The position numbers and the translations under genes were made by a program. Shown one piece after another: positions 60,561 through 64,000 of a stretch of DNA of 64,000 bases. This DNA is from Escherichia coli. GTDB lineage: Bacteria; Pseudomonadota; Gammaproteobacteria; Enterobacterales; Enterobacteriaceae. The stretch lies in the NCBI RefSeq assembly GCF_003790525.1, contig NZ_CP033635.1; one strand, given 5' to 3'. How positions within the stretch are numbered: the stretch's first letter is position 1; each line of letters starts with the position of its first letter. The notes below the pieces were generated by a model that saw nothing but the letters and a program-made list of their open reading frames with translations, was not told where the DNA came from and ran no database searches.

Positions 60561-60643
60561 GTAGGCATGATAAGACGCGCCAGCGTCGCATCAGGCATCG
60601 GTGCACAATTGCCGAATCCGGCGTGAACGCCCTCTCCGTCCTA
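60561..60643. repeat. BIME (two REP palindromes) between rayT and yafL
   Basis: GTAGGCATGATAAGACGCGCCAGCGTCGCATCAGGC ... GCCGAATCCGGCGTGAACGCCCTCTCCGTCCTAC. Confidence 0.6.
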
Positions 60644-61390
60644 CAAAATCGTCTCTTCCGTCAAAATCCGCCGCGCGCCTAAAAAATGATCCTGCCAGAA
60701 AGGTTCAGCTAACCGGCTTATCCGAATGGTTTCGCCGGTACGTGGTGACTCGATAAACTGACCGTCTCCCAGATACACCCCCATATGATCGGCTATCTCG
60801 CGGCTGTGAATATGGAAAAACAGCAAATCTCCCCGGCGCAGGTCGTTGTTCGCCACAATCGTTGCCCGATGGTAGTGATACATCTCATTGGCTGTGCGCG
60901 GGAGCTTCGCCTCAAGGATCTTGTTGTAGGCATAAAAAACCAACCCGCTACAGTCGAAGCCTTTATCGGGCCGCGTGCCGCCCCAGACATAAGGCTTGCC
61001 AAGCTGCTGCTCCAGGCGGTGAATCGCCACTTCGGTGATGTTGTGTAGATGGTCGCTGCTTAAGAAATGGTTGTTCTCCGCCAGCGCCTGCCAGCGTCTG
61101 TCACTCGCCTTGAGCGGCGCAGGAAACCATTCTGGATGCTGTTTTATCTGTTCGCGGTTGTGCTGGCGCAGCGCCTTTCTGCTTTCGGCATTGCCTTCCA
61201 CAATATAGCCGGCCTGCTTTTTCAGATGAGTTTGGTACTGTTTTAATAAACGCGCACGGTTTTGCATCCGCTGGCGGGCGGCGTAGCTGAAAGAGATATG
61301 TGATGTGGTGGCGCTGGCAAATGAAGAAAACGGCAAGCAAAGCAACAATAATCCCGACAACACAAAAGAGGGAATCGACGGCAAGGACAT
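60641..61390 (-). CDS. yafL: NlpC/P60-family lipoprotein YafL
   Basis: Lipoprotein signal (…LLLCLPFSSFA) and NlpC/P60 catalytic region (DCSGLVFYAY); start at ATG 61390. Confidence 0.85.
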   Translation of the reverse strand: MSLPSIPSFVLSGLLLLCLPFSSFASATTSHISFSYAARQRMQNRARLLKQYQTHLKKQAGYIVEGNAESRKALRQHNREQIKQHPEWFPAPLKASDRRWQALAENNHFLSSDHLHNITEVAIHRLEQQLGKPYVWGGTRPDKGFDCSGLVFYAYNKILEAKLPRTANEMYHYHRATIVANNDLRRGDLLFFHIHSREIADHMGVYLGDGQFIESPRTGETIRISRLAEPFWQDHFLGARRILTEETIL

Positions 61391-61567
61391 ACTCAATAAT
61401 GGCTGGTCATGCATTGATGTTGCAGTGTATCCCGGCCCGTACCTGAACAAACTTAATAAACCATTATTATAAAATTAATAAATATATTTCAGTTAATTAT
61501 GTAAAAACATCCGTTTATTAAATTACTCATGGATTGTCGCTGTTGCTCATTTGAGCTACAATTCAAG

Positions 61568-61583
61568 CTGAATAAATATACAG
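61568..61583. promoter_or_regulatory. Candidate LexA box upstream of dinJ
   Basis: CTGAATAAATATACAG fits CTG-N10-CAG about 17 nt upstream of the dinJ ATG. Confidence 0.5.
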
Positions 61584-61599
61584 CACAGGAGATATCCCA

Positions 61600-61860
61600 A
61601 TGGCTGCTAACGCGTTTGTTCGCGCCCGAATCGATGAAGATCTGAAGAATCAGGCGGCGGACGTACTGGCCGGGATGGGGCTGACCATCTCTGACCTGGT
61701 TCGCATAACCCTCACAAAGGTCGCGCGTGAAAAGGCATTGCCGTTTGATTTACGCGAGCCTAATCAATTAACTATTCAATCAATCAAAAACAGCGAAGCT
61801 GGCGTTGGTATTCATAAGGCCAAAGACGCCGATGATTTATTTGATAAATTAGGAATTTAA
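61600..61860 (+). CDS. dinJ: Antitoxin DinJ
   Basis: 86-aa translation MAANAFVRARIDEDLKNQAADVLAGMGLTISDLVRITLTKVAREKALPFDL... matches DinJ. Confidence 0.9.
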   Translation: MAANAFVRARIDEDLKNQAADVLAGMGLTISDLVRITLTKVAREKALPFDLREPNQLTIQSIKNSEAGVGIHKAKDADDLFDKLGI

Positions 61861-61862
61861 AT

Positions 61863-62140
61863 ATGATTCAAAGGGATATTGAATACTCGGGACAATTTTC
61901 AAAGGATGTAAAACTTGCACAAAAGCGTCATAAGGATATGAATAAATTGAAATATCTTATGACGCTCTTATCAATAATACTTTACTGCTTCCAGCTGTTT
62001 ATAAAGACCACCCGCTGCAAGGTTCATGGAAAGGTTATCGCGATGCTCATGTCGAACCGGACTGGATCCTGATTTACAAACTTACCGATAAACTTTTACG
62101 ATTTGAGAGAACTGGAACTCACGCGGCGCTATTTGGGTAA
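61863..62140 (+). pseudogene. yafQ: yafQ toxin gene interrupted by a single-base frameshift
   Basis: N-terminus MIQRDIEYSGQFSKDVKLAQKRHKDMNKLKYLMTLL is YafQ. After CTCTTATCAATAAT the frame shifts; the remainder (INNTLLLPAVYKDHPLQGSWKGYRDAHVEPDWILIYKL...AALFG) continues in another frame to TAA at 62138-62140. Span is 278 nt, not a multiple of 3. Confidence 0.6.
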
Positions 62141-62295
62141 AGCCCGCTGCCGATGAAATTTGTAAACCCTGCGCCGACAGGCTTGCGTAAAACTCTTTTG
62201 GTGATAATGTGAGCCTTCCAAATCCAGACTATTCCGATTTGGGATCCATTTTGCCGTCCTGGCGTGTGTAACCGTTTTATCAAGGAATAAGCAGT

Positions 62296-63036
62296 ATGCG
62301 TAAAATCGCATTAATTCTTGCGATGTTGTTGATCCCGTGCGTTTCGTTTGCCGGTTTGCTGGGCAGCAGTAGCTCGACCACGCCAGTGAGCAAAGAGTAT
62401 AAGCAGCAGTTGATGGGATCCCCTGTCTACATCCAGATCTTCAAGGAAGAACGTACGCTCGATCTCTACGTCAAAATGGGCGAGCAATATCAACTGCTCG
62501 ACAGCTATAAAATCTGTAAATATTCCGGCGGCTTAGGGCCAAAACAGCGTCAGGGCGATTTCAAAAGCCCGGAAGGGTTTTATAGCGTCCAGCGTAATCA
62601 GTTAAAACCAGACAGCCGTTACTACAAAGCGATTAATATTGGATTCCCAAACGCCTATGACCGTGCGCATGGTTATGAAGGGAAATACCTGATGATTCAC
62701 GGCGATTGTGTTTCCATCGGCTGCTACGCGATGACCAATCAGGGTATTGATGAGATCTTCCAGTTCGTTACTGGTGCGCTGGTGTTTGGTCAGCCGAGCG
62801 TGCAAGTGAGTATTTACCCGTTCCGTATGACCGACGCCAATATGAAGCGCCATAAATATTCCAACTTTAAGGACTTCTGGGAGCAACTGAAGCCAGGCTA
62901 CGACTACTTTGAGCAAACCCGTAAGCCACCGACCGTTTCTGTGGTCAATGGCCGTTACGTGGTCAGCAAGCCGTTAAGCCACGAAGTTGTGCAGCCACAA
63001 CTGGCATCAAACTACACGCTCCCCGAGGCAAAATAA
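62296..63036 (+). CDS. yafK: L,D-transpeptidase-fold protein YafK
   Basis: Signal peptide [19 protein letters not shown] and YkuD-type catalytic motif ([14 protein letters not shown]). Confidence 0.9.
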   Translation: MRKIALILAMLLIPCVSFAGLLGSSSSTTPVSKEYKQQLMGSPVYIQIFKEERTLDLYVKMGEQYQLLDSYKICKYSGGLGPKQRQGDFKSPEGFYSVQRNQLKPDSRYYKAINIGFPNAYDRAHGYEGKYLMIHGDCVSIGCYAMTNQGIDEIFQFVTGALVFGQPSVQVSIYPFRMTDANMKRHKYSNFKDFWEQLKPGYDYFEQTRKPPTVSVVNGRYVVSKPLSHEVVQPQLASNYTLPEAK

Positions 63037-63774
63037 GCGCCATTCACCTGGCATAATCTTTTGCCAGGTTTCATTGCCCGTCAGCGGCTGTGTCGCAATC
63101 ACCGTGACCACATCATTCGGTGTGGTCTGCGAGCTGAAGTCGATTTCCACATCCTGATCCAGCAACGTTGCCACGCCAAACGGCGCGCGGCGGGTGATCC
63201 AGTGTAAATTAGTCGAGCAATACGCCATTACATAGCGCCCGTCAGAAAGCAGCATGTTGAAAACGCCCTTCTGCCGCAGTTCATCCGCCAGTGAGGCGAT
63301 ATATTTAAACACTGCCGCCATGTTGCCCGGTGTGCGCGGGTAACGCTGCGTTAATTTATGCAGGAGCCAGCAAAAGGCTTTTTCGCTATCGGTTTCACCG
63401 ACCGGGCGGAAGTTGCCGGTTTCCAGTGATTTGTAGCCCGTCAGTTGTCCATTATGGGCATAAGTCCAGTTACGCCCCCATAACTCGCGGGTAAACGGGT
63501 GAGTATTTTCCAGCGCCACCTCGCCCCGATTAGCCTGGCGAATATGAGCCACCACCGAACAGGATTTTATCGGGTAGTCCTGGACAAGTTTGGCGATGGG
63601 GGAATTAAAGCTGGGTTGCGGATCTTTAAATGTGCGACAGCCTTTACCTTCGTAAAAGGTAATGCCCCAGCCATCTTTATGTGGCCCGGTTCCACCACCA
63701 CGCTGTACAAGTCCGGTGAAACTAAAGCAGATATCGGTAGGGACGTTGGCGCTCATCCCGAGCAATTCGCACAT
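63007..63774 (-). CDS. yafJ: Class II glutamine amidotransferase YafJ
   Basis: Translation from [19 protein letters not shown]... (N-terminal nucleophile Cys2), 255 aa. Confidence 0.9.
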   Translation of the reverse strand: MCELLGMSANVPTDICFSFTGLVQRGGGTGPHKDGWGITFYEGKGCRTFKDPQPSFNSPIAKLVQDYPIKSCSVVAHIRQANRGEVALENTHPFTRELWGRNWTYAHNGQLTGYKSLETGNFRPVGETDSEKAFCWLLHKLTQRYPRTPGNMAAVFKYIASLADELRQKGVFNMLLSDGRYVMAYCSTNLHWITRRAPFGVATLLDQDVEIDFSSQTTPNDVVTVIATQPLTGNETWQKIMPGEWRLFCLGERVV

Positions 63775-63850
63775 GGGTAACCTCCACAACAGCGGGAGCG
63801 CATGGCCCCCGGCGAAGATTGATTAAAAAGTACAAAGGTTCAGGCTGTTA

Positions 63851-63886
63851 CCCTCACCCCGGCCCTCTCCCTGAAAGGGAGAAAAG
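63851..63886. repeat. GC-rich palindromic intergenic repeat (boxC-like), single copy
   Basis: CCCTCACCCCGGCCCTCTCCCTGAAAGGGAGAAAAG between yafJ and gmhA. Confidence 0.4.
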
Positions 63887-63889
63887 ACC

Positions 63890-64000
63890 TTACTTAACCA
63901 TCTCTTTTTCAATTAACTGGATCAGGATATGGATCACTTTAATGTGGATCTCCTGAATGCGGTCGGCATAACCAAAGTGCGGTACGCGAATTTCGATATC
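63890..64000 (-). CDS. gmhA: Phosphoheptose isomerase, C-terminal fragment (partial, truncated by window edge)
   Basis: Minus-strand translation ...[36 protein letters not shown] then stop matches the GmhA C-terminus. Confidence 0.8.

Overview
The window reads as Escherichia coli chromosome, inverted relative to the usual K-12 orientation, with three blocks. (1) Positions 1-8400 are a strongly AT-rich integrated island at the tRNA-Thr(CGU) gene thrW: a P4-type tyrosine integrase next to the tRNA, one unrecognised 321-aa gene, a translationally coupled three-gene operon, and the edge of an IS3-family element at the window start. The operon encodes a 1091-aa protein with a C-terminal histidine-kinase ATPase core, a 149-aa stand-alone receiver protein, and a receiver fused to a predicted alpha/beta serine hydrolase with a C-terminal membrane anchor. 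This is the architecture of the Detocs defensive phosphorelay, but with a lipase/esterase-like membrane effector instead of the usual PNP nucleosidase; it is the best candidate for an undescribed system here. (2) Positions 8500-20500 are conserved core genes (proA, proB, phoE, crl, frsA, gpt, pepD, full-length rtcB-like/prfH pair, yafP, yafN, dinB), with yafO interrupted by a single-base frameshift. (3) Positions 20570-59860 are a complete Flag-2 lateral flagellar cluster (lafU to lfhA), including two near-perfect sigma-54 promoters, a flagellin-modification module and an AT-rich two-gene insert. It is followed by rayT flanked by REP arrays, yafL, dinJ, a frameshifted yafQ, yafK, yafJ and the 3' end of gmhA. 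All calls rest on reading the ORF translations and the DNA by eye; no searches were run.
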